DNA of 64,000 nucleotides from Escherichia coli (GTDB lineage Bacteria; Pseudomonadota; Gammaproteobacteria; Enterobacterales; Enterobacteriaceae): NCBI RefSeq assembly GCF_044324875.1, contig NZ_CP172185.1; one strand, 5' to 3'. Shown piece by piece: positions 10,840 to 29,155 of this stretch (position 1 is its first letter; each line of letters starts with the position of its first letter). The notes under the pieces were generated by a model. It saw only the letters and a program-made list of their open reading frames with translations, ran no database searches and was not told where the DNA came from. The position numbers and the translations under genes were made by a program.

Positions 10840-11829
10840 ATGCACAAATTTACTAAAGCCCTGGCAGCCATTGGTCTGGCAGCCGTTATGTCACAATCCG
10901 CTATGGCGGAGAACCTGAAGCTCGGTTTCCTGGTGAAGCAACCGGAAGAGCCGTGGTTCCAGACCGAATGGAAGTTTGCCGATAAAGCCGGGAAGGATTT
11001 AGGGTTTGAAGTTATTAAGATTGCCGTGCCGGATGGCGAAAAAACATTGAACGCTATCGACAGCCTGGCTGCCAGTGGCGCGAAAGGTTTCGTTATTTGT
11101 ACTCCGGACCCGAAACTCGGCTCTGCCATCGTGGCGAAAGCGCGTGGCTACGATATGAAAGTCATTGCCGTGGATGACCAGTTTGTTAACGCCAAAGGTA
11201 AGCCAATGGATACCGTTCCGTTGGTGATGATGGCTGCGACCAAAATTGGCGAACGTCAGGGCCAGGAACTGTATAAAGAGATGCAGAAACGGGGCTGGGA
11301 TGTCAAAGAAAGCGCGGTGATGGCGATTACCGCCAACGAACTGGATACGGCCCGTCGCCGTACTACGGGGTCTATGGATGCGCTGAAAGCTGCAGGATTC
11401 CCGGAAAAACAAATTTATCAGGTACCTACCAAATCTAACGACATCCCGGGGGCATTTGACGCTGCCAACTCAATGCTGGTTCAACATCCGGAAGTTAAAC
11501 ATTGGCTGATCGTCGGTATGAACGACAGCACCGTGCTGGGCGGCGTACGCGCGACGGAAGGTCAGGGCTTTAAAGCGGCCGATATCATCGGTATCGGTAT
11601 TAACGGTGTGGATGCGGTGAGCGAACTGTCTAAGGCACAGGCAACCGGCTTCTACGGTTCCCTGCTGCCAAGCCCGGACGTACATGGCTATAAATCCAGC
11701 GAAATGCTTTACAACTGGGTAGCAAAAGACGTTGAACCGCCAAAATTTACCGAAGTTACCGACGTGGTATTGATCACGCGTGACAACTTTAAAGAAGAAC
11801 TGGAGAAAAAAGGGTTAGGCGGTAAGTAA
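10840..11829 (+). CDS. araF: AraF, L-arabinose ABC transporter periplasmic binding protein
   Basis: 329 aa from MHKFTKALAAIGLAAVMSQSAMA (signal peptide) with GGAG RBS upstream; ORF track start 10789 is an upstream in-frame extension. Confidence 0.95.
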   Translation: MHKFTKALAAIGLAAVMSQSAMAENLKLGFLVKQPEEPWFQTEWKFADKAGKDLGFEVIKIAVPDGEKTLNAIDSLAASGAKGFVICTPDPKLGSAIVAKARGYDMKVIAVDDQFVNAKGKPMDTVPLVMMAATKIGERQGQELYKEMQKRGWDVKESAVMAITANELDTARRRTTGSMDALKAAGFPEKQIYQVPTKSNDIPGAFDAANSMLVQHPEVKHWLIVGMNDSTVLGGVRATEGQGFKAADIIGIGINGVDAVSELSKAQATGFYGSLLPSPDVHGYKSSEMLYNWVAKDVEPPKFTEVTDVVLITRDNFKEELEKKGLGGK

Positions 11830-11844
11830 TTTGCCGGAAAAATT

Positions 11845-11867
11845 CCCCTCTGCATGATGCAGAGGGG
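11845..11867 (+). other. Perfect 9-bp stem / 5-nt loop hairpin in the araF-araG intercistronic spacer
   Basis: cccctctgc-atgat-gcagagggg; no downstream U-run. Confidence 0.6.
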
Positions 11868-11898
11868 GTGTGAACGACCAGTGATTCACGGAGACGTT

Positions 11899-13413
11899 AT
11901 GCAACAGTCTACCCCGTATCTCTCATTTCGCGGCATCGGTAAAACGTTTCCCGGCGTTAAGGCGCTGACGGATATTAGTTTTGACTGCTATGCCGGTCAG
12001 GTTCATGCGTTGATGGGTGAAAATGGCGCAGGAAAATCAACTCTCTTAAAAATCCTTAGCGGCAACTATGCGCCAACCACGGGTTCTGTAGTGATTAATG
12101 GGCAGGAAATGTCCTTTTCCGACACAACCGCAGCACTTAACGCGGGAGTGGCGATTATTTACCAGGAACTGCATCTCGTGCCGGAAATGACCGTCGCGGA
12201 AAACATCTATCTCGGCCAGCTGCCGCATAAAGGCGGTATTGTGAATCGCTCATTGCTGAATTATGAGGCGGGTTTACAACTTAAACATCTTGGTATGGAT
12301 ATTGACCCGGACACGCCGCTGAAATATCTCTCCATTGGTCAGTGGCAGATGGTTGAAATTGCCAAAGCCTTGGCGCGTAATGCCAAAATTATCGCATTTG
12401 ATGAGCCAACCAGCTCCCTCTCTGCCCGTGAAATCGACAATCTTTTCCGCGTTATTCGTGAACTGCGAAAAGAGGGGCGGGTGATCTTATACGTTTCTCA
12501 CCGTATGGAAGAAATATTTGCCCTCAGCGATGCCATCACCGTCTTTAAAGATGGGCGTTATGTCAAAACCTTTACTGATATGCAGCAGGTTGACCACGAC
12601 GCCCTGGTGCAGGCGATGGTCGGGCGCGACATCGGCGATATCTACGGCTGGCAACCGCGTAGTTATGGCGAGGAGCGCCTGCGTCTTGATGCTGTGAAAG
12701 CACCAGGCGTGCGTACGCCAATAAGTCTGGCGGTTCGCAGTGGAGAAATTGTCGGTCTGTTTGGTCTGGTCGGGGCAGGGCGTAGCGAATTAATGAAAGG
12801 CATGTTTGGCGGTACGCAAATCACCGCCGGTCAGGTTTATATCGACCAACAGCCGATCGATATTCGTAAACCGAGCCACGCTATTACCGCAGGCATGATG
12901 CTCTGCCCGGAAGATCGCAAAGCGGAAGGCATTATTCCTGTGCACTCCGTTCGCGACAATATCAACATCAGTGCCAGACGCAAACATGTGCTCGGCGGTT
13001 GTGTAATCAACAACGGTTGGGAAGAAAACAATGCCGATCACCACATTCGTTCGCTCAACATCAAAACGCCGGGCGCTGAGCAACTGATTATGAATCTCTC
13101 AGGTGGAAATCAGCAAAAAGCCATTCTGGGCCGCTGGTTATCGGAAGAGATGAAGGTCATTTTGCTGGATGAACCTACGCGCGGCATTGATGTTGGTGCT
13201 AAGCACGAAATATATAACGTGATTTATGCGCTGGCGGCGCAGGGTGTGGCGGTGCTGTTTGCCTCCAGCGACTTACCTGAAGTCCTCGGCGTTGCCGACC
13301 GGATTGTGGTGATGCGCGAAGGTGAAATCGCCGGTGAATTGTTACACGAGCAGGCAGATGAGCGTCAGGCACTGAGCCTTGCGATGCCTAAAGTCAGCCA
13401 GGCAGTTGCCTGA
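11899..13413 (+). CDS. araG: AraG, L-arabinose ABC transporter ATP-binding protein (duplicated ABC domains)
   Basis: 504 aa from [19 protein letters not shown]; two Walker A motifs ([18 protein letters not shown]) and LSGGNQQK signature. Confidence 0.95.
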   Translation: MQQSTPYLSFRGIGKTFPGVKALTDISFDCYAGQVHALMGENGAGKSTLLKILSGNYAPTTGSVVINGQEMSFSDTTAALNAGVAIIYQELHLVPEMTVAENIYLGQLPHKGGIVNRSLLNYEAGLQLKHLGMDIDPDTPLKYLSIGQWQMVEIAKALARNAKIIAFDEPTSSLSAREIDNLFRVIRELRKEGRVILYVSHRMEEIFALSDAITVFKDGRYVKTFTDMQQVDHDALVQAMVGRDIGDIYGWQPRSYGEERLRLDAVKAPGVRTPISLAVRSGEIVGLFGLVGAGRSELMKGMFGGTQITAGQVYIDQQPIDIRKPSHAITAGMMLCPEDRKAEGIIPVHSVRDNINISARRKHVLGGCVINNGWEENNADHHIRSLNIKTPGAEQLIMNLSGGNQQKAILGRWLSEEMKVILLDEPTRGIDVGAKHEIYNVIYALAAQGVAVLFASSDLPEVLGVADRIVVMREGEIAGELLHEQADERQALSLAMPKVSQAVA

Positions 13414-13427
13414 GTAAGGAGAGTATG

Positions 13428-16780
<3,353 letters not shown>

Positions 16781-16786
16781 GTGCGG

Positions 16787-17215
16787 TTAATCTCCCGTAA
16801 GTGGAACTAACAGCACATCGACCTCACTTGAGGCAATCACTCTTTTCGCCGAGCAGGATGCTCGCGAAAAGAAACTGTGATTGTGATTACCGCAAATCAC
16901 CAAATCGAAATGATATTTGCGACAAACTTCCAGAATATGTTCGCTTAACTCACCGTAGGCAATAAACGTCTTGTCAACGGGATACCCCGCATCCTGAATT
17001 AACTTATCAAGAAAGCTTTGCGTTTCTTCCTGCATCACGCTGCGTAAATCTTCAAGCATCGGCGCAGCTAATTGATTGTACATTTCCGGGTCGGAAGCGA
17101 GAGTAATTAAACTGATGTGTCCCTTTACTGGCCTGGCGATAGATACCGCTTTTGCCAGCAGTTGCTGACTTTCCGGTGTAACCGCAACAGCGACAAGAAT
17201 ATTGCTATAGCTCAT
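16787..17215 (-). CDS. uspC: UspC, universal stress protein C
   Basis: 142 aa MSYSNILVAVAVTPESQQLL...; Usp fold; convergent with otsA (6-bp gap). Confidence 0.92.
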   Translation of the reverse strand: MSYSNILVAVAVTPESQQLLAKAVSIARPVKGHISLITLASDPEMYNQLAAPMLEDLRSVMQEETQSFLDKLIQDAGYPVDKTFIAYGELSEHILEVCRKYHFDLVICGNHNHSFFSRASCSAKRVIASSEVDVLLVPLTGD

Positions 17216-17717
17216 AACCTGTTCCTTATTCTGTGAACTTCAGGTGACATTAAAGCTTTACTCCTAATGGAGAAACGACGCAATCCCAACTCAGTCAAAC
17301 AGGTAAATATTAGTCTGATTATTAGTAAAGACAATTAATCAATCACTCTCGGTGATCATATGATTTCAACTGTAATTATAAGAAAATAATGTACTGATTC
17401 TCTATATTAAACAAGTGGTTAATATATGTAAAACATTTTATTAACATTAAGTTGATTGTTGCCTTTCTTTGTATTTAATTAGTTTGTTGTGCGGTAAGTG
17501 TCTGTTTAAAAATAGCTTATCTGGTATTGCATGAAAGTGATTATTTATAGCAGATGATTATTTACGGTGAGTTATTTTAACTGTGCGCAACATCCCATTT
17601 CGATTATTCCTGTTTCATTTTTGCTTGCTAGCGTTGCGAAAAACTTTTTAACAGATTGAAATACACCCAAAACAAAAGTATGACTTATACATTTATGTTA
17701 AGTAATTGAGTGTTTTG

Positions 17718-17733
17718 TGTGATCTGCATCACA
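17718..17733. promoter_or_regulatory. CRP-binding site of the flhDC class-1 promoter
   Basis: tgtgatctgcatcaca = TGTGA-N6-TCACA; about 265 bp upstream of flhD ATG, consistent with the known long (about 200 nt) flhDC leader. Confidence 0.75.
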
Positions 17734-17995
17734 CATTATTGAAAATCGCAGCCCCCCTCCGTTGTATGTGCGTGTAGTGACGAGTACAGTTGCGTCGATT
17801 TAGGAAAAATCTTAGATAAGTGTAAAGAGCCCCTTCTATTCGTGAGGACTTATTAAATCCAAAAAAGGGGCTCTGCCTGTTGCAGCTTATCGCAACTATT
17901 CTAATGCTAATTATTTTTTACCGGGGCTTCCCGGCGACATCACGGGGTGCGGTGAGACCGCATAAAAATAAAGTTGGTTATTCTGGGTGGGAATA

Positions 17996-18346
17996 ATGCA
18001 TACCTCCGAGTTGCTGAAACACATTTATGACATCAACTTGTCATATTTACTACTTGCACAGCGTCTGATTGTTCAGGACAAAGCGTCCGCAATGTTTCGT
18101 CTCGGCATAAATGAAGAAATGGCGACAACGTTAGCGGCACTGACTCTTCCGCAAATGGTTAAGCTGGCAGAAACCAATCAACTGGTTTGTCACTTTCGTT
18201 TTGACAGCCACCAGACGATTACTCAGTTGACGCAAGATTCCCGCGTTGACGATCTCCAGCAAATTCATACCGGCATCATGCTCTCAACACGCTTGCTGAA
18301 TGATGTTAATCAGCCTGAAGAAGCGCTGCGCAAGAAAAGGGCCTGA
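17996..18346 (+). CDS. flhD: FlhD, flagellar master regulator subunit
   Basis: 116 aa from [24 protein letters not shown]; ORF track offers an in-frame upstream start at 17987 (MGIMHTS). Confidence 0.95.
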
Positions 18347-18348
18347 TC

Positions 18349-18927
18349 ATGAGTGAAAAAAGCATTGTTCAGGAAGCGCGGGATATTCAGCTGGCAATGG
18401 AATTGATCACCCTGGGCGCTCGTTTGCAGATGCTGGAAAGCGAAACACAGTTAAGCCGCGGACGCCTGATAAAACTCTATAAAGAACTGCGCGGAAGCCC
18501 ACCGCCGAAAGGCATGCTGCCATTCTCAACCGACTGGTTTATGACCTGGGAACAAAACGTTCATGCTTCGATGTTCTGTAACGCATGGCAGTTTTTACTG
18601 AAAACCGGTTTGTGTAATGGCGTCGATGCGGTGATCAAAGCCTACCGTTTATACCTTGAACAGTGCCCGCAACCAGAAGACGGACCGCTGCTGGCATTAA
18701 CCCGTGCCTGGACATTGGTGCGGTTTGTTGAAAGTGGATTACTGCAACTTTCCAGCTGCAACTGCTGCGGCGGCAATTTTATTACCCACGCTCACCAGCC
18801 TGTTGGCAGCTTTGCCTGCAGCTTATGTCAGCCGCCATCCCGGGCAGTAAAAAGACGTAAACTTTCCCAGAATCCTGCCGATATTATCCCACAACTGCTG
18901 GATGAACAGAGAGTACAGGCTGTTTAA
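18349..18927 (+). CDS. flhC: FlhC, flagellar master regulator subunit
   Basis: 192 aa [28 protein letters not shown]...; zinc-binding cysteines CNCCGG...CSLC. Confidence 0.95.
   Translation: MSEKSIVQEARDIQLAMELITLGARLQMLESETQLSRGRLIKLYKELRGSPPPKGMLPFSTDWFMTWEQNVHASMFCNAWQFLLKTGLCNGVDAVIKAYRLYLEQCPQPEDGPLLALTRAWTLVRFVESGLLQLSSCNCCGGNFITHAHQPVGSFACSLCQPPSRAVKRRKLSQNPADIIPQLLDEQRVQAV
18858..18884 (+). promoter_or_regulatory. sigma28 (FliA) promoter for motAB-cheAW located inside the 3' end of flhC
   Basis: TAAA-15 nt-GCCGATAT (taaactttcccagaatcctgccgatat) matches sigma28 consensus TAAA-N15-GCCGATAA. Confidence 0.75.
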
Positions 18928-18985
18928 CTTATACGGTGTGGTGCAACATTCCAGCAGCGGTAACGACGTACCGCTGCTTTTTTTT
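18885..18985 (+). ncRNA. motR: Probable MotR sRNA region (motA 5'UTR-derived, sigma28-dependent), ending at the intrinsic terminator after flhC
   Basis: sigma28 promoter immediately upstream and intrinsic terminator 18954..18985 (stem gcagcggta/taccgctgc + T8); boundaries are approximate and taken from memory of the published MotR description. Confidence 0.4.
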
Positions 18986-19053
18986 GCCCCAATCGCGCGT
19001 TAACGCCTGACGACTGAACATCCTGTCATGGTCAACAGTGGAAGGATGATGTC

Positions 19054-19937
19054 GTGCTTATCTTATTAGGTTACCTGGTTGTTCTCGGTACAGTTTTCGG
19101 CGGTTATTTGATGACCGGTGGAAGCCTTGGAGCACTCTATCAACCCGCTGAACTGGTGATTATTGCCGGTGCAGGGATTGGGTCGTTTATCGTCGGCAAT
19201 AATGGCAAAGCGATTAAAGGCACGCTGAAGGCGCTGCCGTTGCTGTTTCGTCGCTCCAAATACACCAAAGCAATGTATATGGATCTGCTGGCTCTGCTTT
19301 ATCGGTTGATGGCGAAATCGCGGCAGATGGGGATGTTTTCGCTGGAACGTGATATTGAAAATCCCCGTGAGAGCGAGATCTTCGCCAGCTACCCACGCAT
19401 CCTTGCGGATAGCGTCATGCTTGATTTTATCGTCGATTATCTGCGTCTGATTATCAGCGGTCACATGAACACCTTCGAAATCGAAGCCCTGATGGATGAA
19501 GAGATTGAGACGCACGAAAGCGAAGCAGAAGTCCCGGCGAACAGTCTGGCGCTGGTCGGGGACTCACTTCCGGCGTTTGGTATTGTCGCGGCTGTGATGG
19601 GGGTCGTTCACGCGTTAGGTTCAGCCGATCGTCCTGCCGCCGAGCTGGGGGCGCTTATCGCACATGCGATGGTGGGGACTTTCCTCGGTATTTTATTGGC
19701 TTACGGATTTATTTCCCCATTAGCGAGTGTTTTACGTCAGAAAAGCGCCGAAACCAGCAAAATGATGCAGTGCGTCAAAGTCACACTGCTTTCTAATCTG
19801 AACGGTTACGCACCGCCTATCGCCGTTGAGTTTGGTCGCAAAACGCTCTATTCCAGCGAACGTCCGTCGTTTATTGAACTGGAAGAGCATGTGCGTGCGG
19901 TGAAAAATCCGCAACAACAGACGACAACCGAGGAAGC

Positions 19938-19941
<4 letters not shown>
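19054..19941 (+). CDS. motA: MotA, flagellar stator proton channel
   Basis: 295 aa; GTG start with GGAAGGA RBS; four-TM stator protein. Confidence 0.95.
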
Positions 19942-22833
<2,892 letters not shown>

Positions 22834-22853
22834 ATGAGTAAAAAGGTAACAAT

Positions 22854-23357
22854 ATGACCGGTATGACGAATGTAACAAAGCTGGCCAGCGAGCCGTCAGG
22901 CCAGGAATTTCTGGTATTTACCCTTGGTGATGAAGAGTACGGTATTGATATCCTGAAAGTGCAGGAGATCCGTGGCTACGATCAGGTAACACGGATTGCG
23001 AACACGCCAGCGTTTATCAAAGGCGTCACGAATCTGCGCGGCGTTATTGTGCCGATTGTCGACTTACGAATTAAGTTCAGCCAGGTGGATGTGGACTATA
23101 ACGACAACACGGTAGTTATCGTCCTGAATCTCGGACAGCGGGTGGTCGGCATCGTGGTTGACGGCGTTTCAGACGTGCTTTCATTGACGGCGGAGCAAAT
23201 TCGTCCGGCACCGGAATTTGCCGTGACGCTTTCAACAGAATATCTCACTGGACTGGGCGCACTGGGCGACCGGATGTTGATTCTGGTGAACATCGAAAAA
23301 CTGCTGAACAGCGAAGAGATGGCGCTGTTAGATAGCGCGGCGTCAGAAGTGGCGTAA
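22854..23357 (+). CDS. cheW: CheW, chemotaxis coupling protein
   Basis: 167 aa [42 protein letters not shown]. Confidence 0.95.
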
Positions 23358-23385
23358 TTCTCCCGATTTCCTCAATTGCAATGAA

Positions 23386-23412
23386 CCCGATGACCTGCGC
23401 ATCGGGTTTTTT
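23386..23412 (+). terminator. Intrinsic terminator after cheW
   Basis: Stem cccgatg/catcggg followed by T6. Confidence 0.75.
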
Positions 23413-23443
23413 ATTTCAGTTTCGCGGCGGGTGGCATCAGCAA

Positions 23444-23470
23444 TAAAGTTTCCCCCTTCCTTGCCGATAA
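23444..23470 (+). promoter_or_regulatory. sigma28 promoter of the tar-tap-cheRBYZ operon
   Basis: TAAA-15 nt-GCCGATAA (taaagtttcccccttccttgccgataa), exact match to sigma28 consensus. Confidence 0.8.
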
Positions 23471-23501
23471 CGAGATCAACTTGTTTTCAGGAAGGTGCCT
23501 T

Positions 23502-25163
23502 ATGATTAACCGTATCCGCGTAGTCACGCTGTTGGTAATGGTGCTGGGGGTATTCGCACTGTTACAGCTTATTTCCGGCAGTCTGTTTTTTTCTTCCCTT
23601 CACCATAGCCAGAAGAGCTTTGTGGTTTCCAATCAATTACGGGAACAGCAGGGCGAGCTGACGTCAACCTGGGATTTAATGCTGCAAACGCGCATTAACC
23701 TGAGTCGTTCAGCGGTGCGGATGATGATGGATTCCTCCAATCAACAAAGTAACGCCAAAGTTGAATTGCTCGATAGCGCCAGGAAAACATTGGCCCAGGC
23801 AGCGACGCATTATAAAAAATTCAAAAGCATGGCACCGTTACCTGAAATGGTCGCTACCAGTCGTAATATTGATGAAAAATATAAAAACTATCACACAGCG
23901 TTAACTGAACTGATTGATTATCTTGATTATGGCAATACTGGAGCTTATTTCGCTCAGCCAACCCAGGGAATGCAAAATGCAATGGGCGAAGCGTTTGCTC
24001 AGTACGCCCTCAGCAGTGAAAAACTGTATCGCGATATCGTCACTGACAACGCAGATGATTACCGATTTGCCCAGTGGCAACTGGCGGTTATCGCGCTGGT
24101 GGTGGTATTGATTCTGCTGGTGGCGTGGTACGGCATTCGCCGTATGTTGCTTACACCGCTGGCAAAAATTATTGCTCACATTCGCGAAATCGCCGGTGGT
24201 AACCTGGCGAATACCCTGACCATTGACGGGCGCAGTGAAATGGGCGACCTGGCGCAGAGCGTTTCACATATGCAACGCTCTTTGACTGACACCGTCACTC
24301 ATGTGCGTGAAGGTTCAGATGCTATCTATGCCGGTACCCGTGAAATTGCGGCGGGCAACACCGATCTTTCCTCCCGTACGGAACAGCAGGCATCTGCGCT
24401 GGAAGAAACTGCCGCCAGCATGGAGCAGCTCACCGCGACAGTGAAGCAAAACGCCGATAACGCCCGCCAGGCCTCGCAACTGGCGCAAAGTGCCTCCGAT
24501 ACTGCCCAGCATGGCGGCAAAGTAGTGGATGGTGTAGTGAAAACGATGCATGAGATCGCCGATAGTTCGAAGAAAATTGCCGACATTATCAGCGTTATCG
24601 ATGGTATTGCCTTCCAGACTAATATCCTCGCGTTGAATGCCGCTGTTGAAGCCGCGCGTGCGGGTGAACAGGGCCGTGGTTTTGCTGTGGTGGCGGGCGA
24701 AGTGCGTAATCTTGCCAGTCGCAGCGCCCAGGCGGCAAAAGAGATCAAAGCCCTCATTGAAGACTCCGTCTCGCGCGTTGATACCGGTTCGGTGCTGGTC
24801 GAAAGCGCAGGGGAAACAATGAACAATATCGTCAATGCTGTCACTCGCGTGACTGACATTATGGGCGAGATTGCATCGGCATCGGATGAACAGAGCCGTG
24901 GCATCGATCAAGTCGCATTGGCGGTTTCGGAAATGGATCGCGTCACGCAACAGAACGCATCGCTGGTGCAGGAATCAGCTGCCGCCGCAGCTGCGCTGGA
25001 AGAACAGGCCAGTCGTTTAACGCAAGCGGTTTCCGCGTTTCGTCTGGCAGCCAGCCCACTCACCAATAAACCGCAAACACCATCCCGTCCTGCCAGTGAG
25101 CAACCACCGGCACAGCCACGACTGCGAATTACTGAACAAGATCCAAACTGGGAAACATTTTGA
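23502..25163 (+). CDS. tar: Tar, methyl-accepting chemotaxis protein II (aspartate/maltose)
   Basis: 553 aa from [11 protein letters not shown]; HAMP and MCP signalling domain; C-terminal NWETF pentapeptide. Confidence 0.95.
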   Translation: MINRIRVVTLLVMVLGVFALLQLISGSLFFSSLHHSQKSFVVSNQLREQQGELTSTWDLMLQTRINLSRSAVRMMMDSSNQQSNAKVELLDSARKTLAQAATHYKKFKSMAPLPEMVATSRNIDEKYKNYHTALTELIDYLDYGNTGAYFAQPTQGMQNAMGEAFAQYALSSEKLYRDIVTDNADDYRFAQWQLAVIALVVVLILLVAWYGIRRMLLTPLAKIIAHIREIAGGNLANTLTIDGRSEMGDLAQSVSHMQRSLTDTVTHVREGSDAIYAGTREIAAGNTDLSSRTEQQASALEETAASMEQLTATVKQNADNARQASQLAQSASDTAQHGGKVVDGVVKTMHEIADSSKKIADIISVIDGIAFQTNILALNAAVEAARAGEQGRGFAVVAGEVRNLASRSAQAAKEIKALIEDSVSRVDTGSVLVESAGETMNNIVNAVTRVTDIMGEIASASDEQSRGIDQVALAVSEMDRVTQQNASLVQESAAAAAALEEQASRLTQAVSAFRLAASPLTNKPQTPSRPASEQPPAQPRLRITEQDPNWETF

Positions 25164-25208
25164 CGAGTTTTTACTAACGCGGTCATTGCCGCCTGATGGG
25201 GAGCGTTG

Positions 25209-26810
25209 ATGTTTAATCGTATTCGAATTTCGACCACGCTGTTTTTAATTTTGATTCTCTGCGGGATCTTGCAGATTGGCAGTAACGGCATGTCTTTTTG
25301 GGCATTTCGCGACGATTTGCAACGACTGAATCAGGTCGAGCAGAGCAATCAGCAACGTGCGGCATTAGCGCAAACTCGGGCGGTAATGTTACAGGCCAGT
25401 ACCGCGCTGAACAAAGCGGGCACTCTGACGGCGCTCAGCTATCCGGCGGATGACATTAAAACGTTGATGACGACGGCGCGCGCCAGTCTGACGCAATCCA
25501 CCACGCTGTTTAAAAGTTTTATGGCGATGACTGCGGGCAATGAGCACGTCAGGGCGTTGCAAAAAGAGACGGAGAAAAGTTTTGCCCGCTGGCACAACGA
25601 TCTCGAACATCAGGCGACCTGGCTTGAAAGTAATCAACTTTCGGATTTCCTTACTGCGCCGGTGCAGGAATCACAGAATGCGTTTGACGTTAACTTTGAG
25701 GCCTGGCAGCTGGAGATCAACCATGTGCTGGAAGCCGCCAGTGCGCAAAGCCAGCGTAACTATCAGATTTCGGCGCTGGTGTTTATCAGCATGATTATTG
25801 TTGCGGCGATCTACATCAGCAGTGCGCTGTGGTGGACGCGCAAGATGATTGTTCAACCACTGGCCATTATCGGTAGCCATTTTGACAGCATTGCTGCGGG
25901 TAATCTGGCGCGTCCGATTGCGGTGTATGGTCGCAATGAGATCACCGCCATTTTTGCCAGCCTGAAGACCATGCAGCAGGCTTTGCGTGGGACGGTAAGT
26001 GATGTGCGTAAGGGAAGCCTGGAGATGCACATTGGTATCGCGGAGATTGTCGCAGGCAATAACGATCTCTCAAGTCGTACCGAACAGCAGGCGGCATCGC
26101 TGGCACAAACGGCCGCCAGTATGGAGCAATTAACCGCCACGGTAGGGCAAAACGCCGATAACGCACGACAGGCGTCGGAACTGGCAAAAAATGCCGCGAC
26201 AACGGCGCAGGCGGGCGGTGTTCAGGTCAGTACCATGACTCACACCATGCAGGAGATCGCCACCAGCTCGCAAAAAATTGGCGACATTATCAGCGTTATC
26301 GACGGCATTGCTTTCCAGACCAATATTCTGGCCCTGAATGCGGCAGTGGAAGCGGCTCGCGCCGGAGAGCAGGGTCGTGGTTTTGCGGTAGTGGCAGGTG
26401 AAGTGCGCAATCTTGCCAGCCGTAGCGCGCAGGCAGCAAAAGAGATCAAAGGGCTGATCGAAGAGTCAGTCAATCGTGTCCAGCAGGGTTCGAAACTGGT
26501 GAATAACGCCGCCGCGACCATGACTGATATTGTCAGTTCGGTGACCCGCGTGAACGACATTATGGGAGAAATTGCTTCGGCCTCGGAAGAACAACGGCGG
26601 GGGATTGAGCAGGTTGCGCAGGCTGTCAGCCAGATGGATCAGGTGACACAGCAGAACGCCTCGCTGGTAGAAGAAGCGGCGGCGGCAACGGAACAACTGG
26701 CGAACCAGGCTGACCATCTTTCGTCGCGTGTGGCGGTATTTACCCTTGAAGAACATGAAGTAGCACGACATGAGTCGGCGCAGTTACATATTGCGCCAGT
26801 GGTATCCTGA
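25209..26810 (+). CDS. tap: Tap, methyl-accepting chemotaxis protein IV (dipeptide/pyrimidine)
   Basis: 533 aa from MFNRIRISTTLFLILILCG; MCP signalling domain highly similar to tar; lacks NWETF. Confidence 0.95.
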   Translation: MFNRIRISTTLFLILILCGILQIGSNGMSFWAFRDDLQRLNQVEQSNQQRAALAQTRAVMLQASTALNKAGTLTALSYPADDIKTLMTTARASLTQSTTLFKSFMAMTAGNEHVRALQKETEKSFARWHNDLEHQATWLESNQLSDFLTAPVQESQNAFDVNFEAWQLEINHVLEAASAQSQRNYQISALVFISMIIVAAIYISSALWWTRKMIVQPLAIIGSHFDSIAAGNLARPIAVYGRNEITAIFASLKTMQQALRGTVSDVRKGSLEMHIGIAEIVAGNNDLSSRTEQQAASLAQTAASMEQLTATVGQNADNARQASELAKNAATTAQAGGVQVSTMTHTMQEIATSSQKIGDIISVIDGIAFQTNILALNAAVEAARAGEQGRGFAVVAGEVRNLASRSAQAAKEIKGLIEESVNRVQQGSKLVNNAAATMTDIVSSVTRVNDIMGEIASASEEQRRGIEQVAQAVSQMDQVTQQNASLVEEAAAATEQLANQADHLSSRVAVFTLEEHEVARHESAQLHIAPVVS

Positions 26811-26828
26811 AGTGATTGAGAAGGCGCT

Positions 26829-27689
26829 ATGACTTCATCTCTGCCCTGTGGGCAAACGTCTTTATTGTTACAGATGACCGAGCGCCTGGCGCTTTCCGAC
26901 GCGCATTTTCGGCGGATAAGTCAATTGATCTATCAACGAGCCGGGATCGTCCTGGCCGACCATAAACGCGACATGGTTTACAACCGACTGGTTCGTCGTT
27001 TGCGTTCGCTGGGACTGACGGATTTCGGCCATTACCTGAACTTGCTGGAATCTAATCAGCACAGCGGTGAGTGGCAGGCGTTTATCAATTCGCTGACCAC
27101 GAATCTGACGGCTTTTTTCCGTGAGGCGCATCATTTTCCTCTGCTCGCGGATCACGCCCGGCGTCGTTCTGGCGAGTATCGCGTATGGAGCGCGGCGGCT
27201 TCGACCGGCGAAGAGCCGTACAGCATTGCGATGACGCTGGCTGACACATTGGGCACCGTGCCCGGACGCTGGAAAGTGTTTGCCAGTGATATCGACACCG
27301 AAGTGCTGGAAAAAGCCAGAAGCGGTATTTATCGCCATGAAGAGTTGAAAAACCTGACGCCGCAGCAACTGCAACGGTATTTCATGCGAGGGACGGGACC
27401 GCATGAAGGGCTGGTACGCGTGCGTCAGGAGCTGGCGAATTATGTTGATTTTGCCCCGCTGAATTTACTGGCGAAACAGTACACCGTGCCGGGGCCGTTT
27501 GATGCGATTTTCTGTCGTAACGTCATGATCTACTTCGATCAAACTACCCAGCAGGAGATTTTGCGCCGCTTTGTTCCGCTCCTTAAACCCGACGGATTGC
27601 TGTTTGCGGGTCACTCTGAAAACTTTAGCCACCTTGAGCGCCGCTTCACGCTGCGTGGTCAGACGGTGTATGCGCTAAGTAAGGATTAA
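26829..27689 (+). CDS. cheR: CheR, chemotaxis protein methyltransferase
   Basis: 286 aa [29 protein letters not shown]...; SAM-dependent MTase motifs. Confidence 0.95.
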   Translation: MTSSLPCGQTSLLLQMTERLALSDAHFRRISQLIYQRAGIVLADHKRDMVYNRLVRRLRSLGLTDFGHYLNLLESNQHSGEWQAFINSLTTNLTAFFREAHHFPLLADHARRRSGEYRVWSAAASTGEEPYSIAMTLADTLGTVPGRWKVFASDIDTEVLEKARSGIYRHEELKNLTPQQLQRYFMRGTGPHEGLVRVRQELANYVDFAPLNLLAKQYTVPGPFDAIFCRNVMIYFDQTTQQEILRRFVPLLKPDGLLFAGHSENFSHLERRFTLRGQTVYALSKD

Positions 27690-27691
27690 CG

Positions 27692-29145
<1,454 letters not shown>

Positions 29146-29155
29146 GGATGCGACT

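Noticed and set aside
24315-24950. 211-aa and 192-aa - strand ORFs inside tar, with similar ones inside tap
   Set aside because: Antisense or alternative frames of the MCP signalling domain; Ala/Ser/Arg-rich low-complexity translations typical of out-of-frame reading of GC-rich coding DNA.
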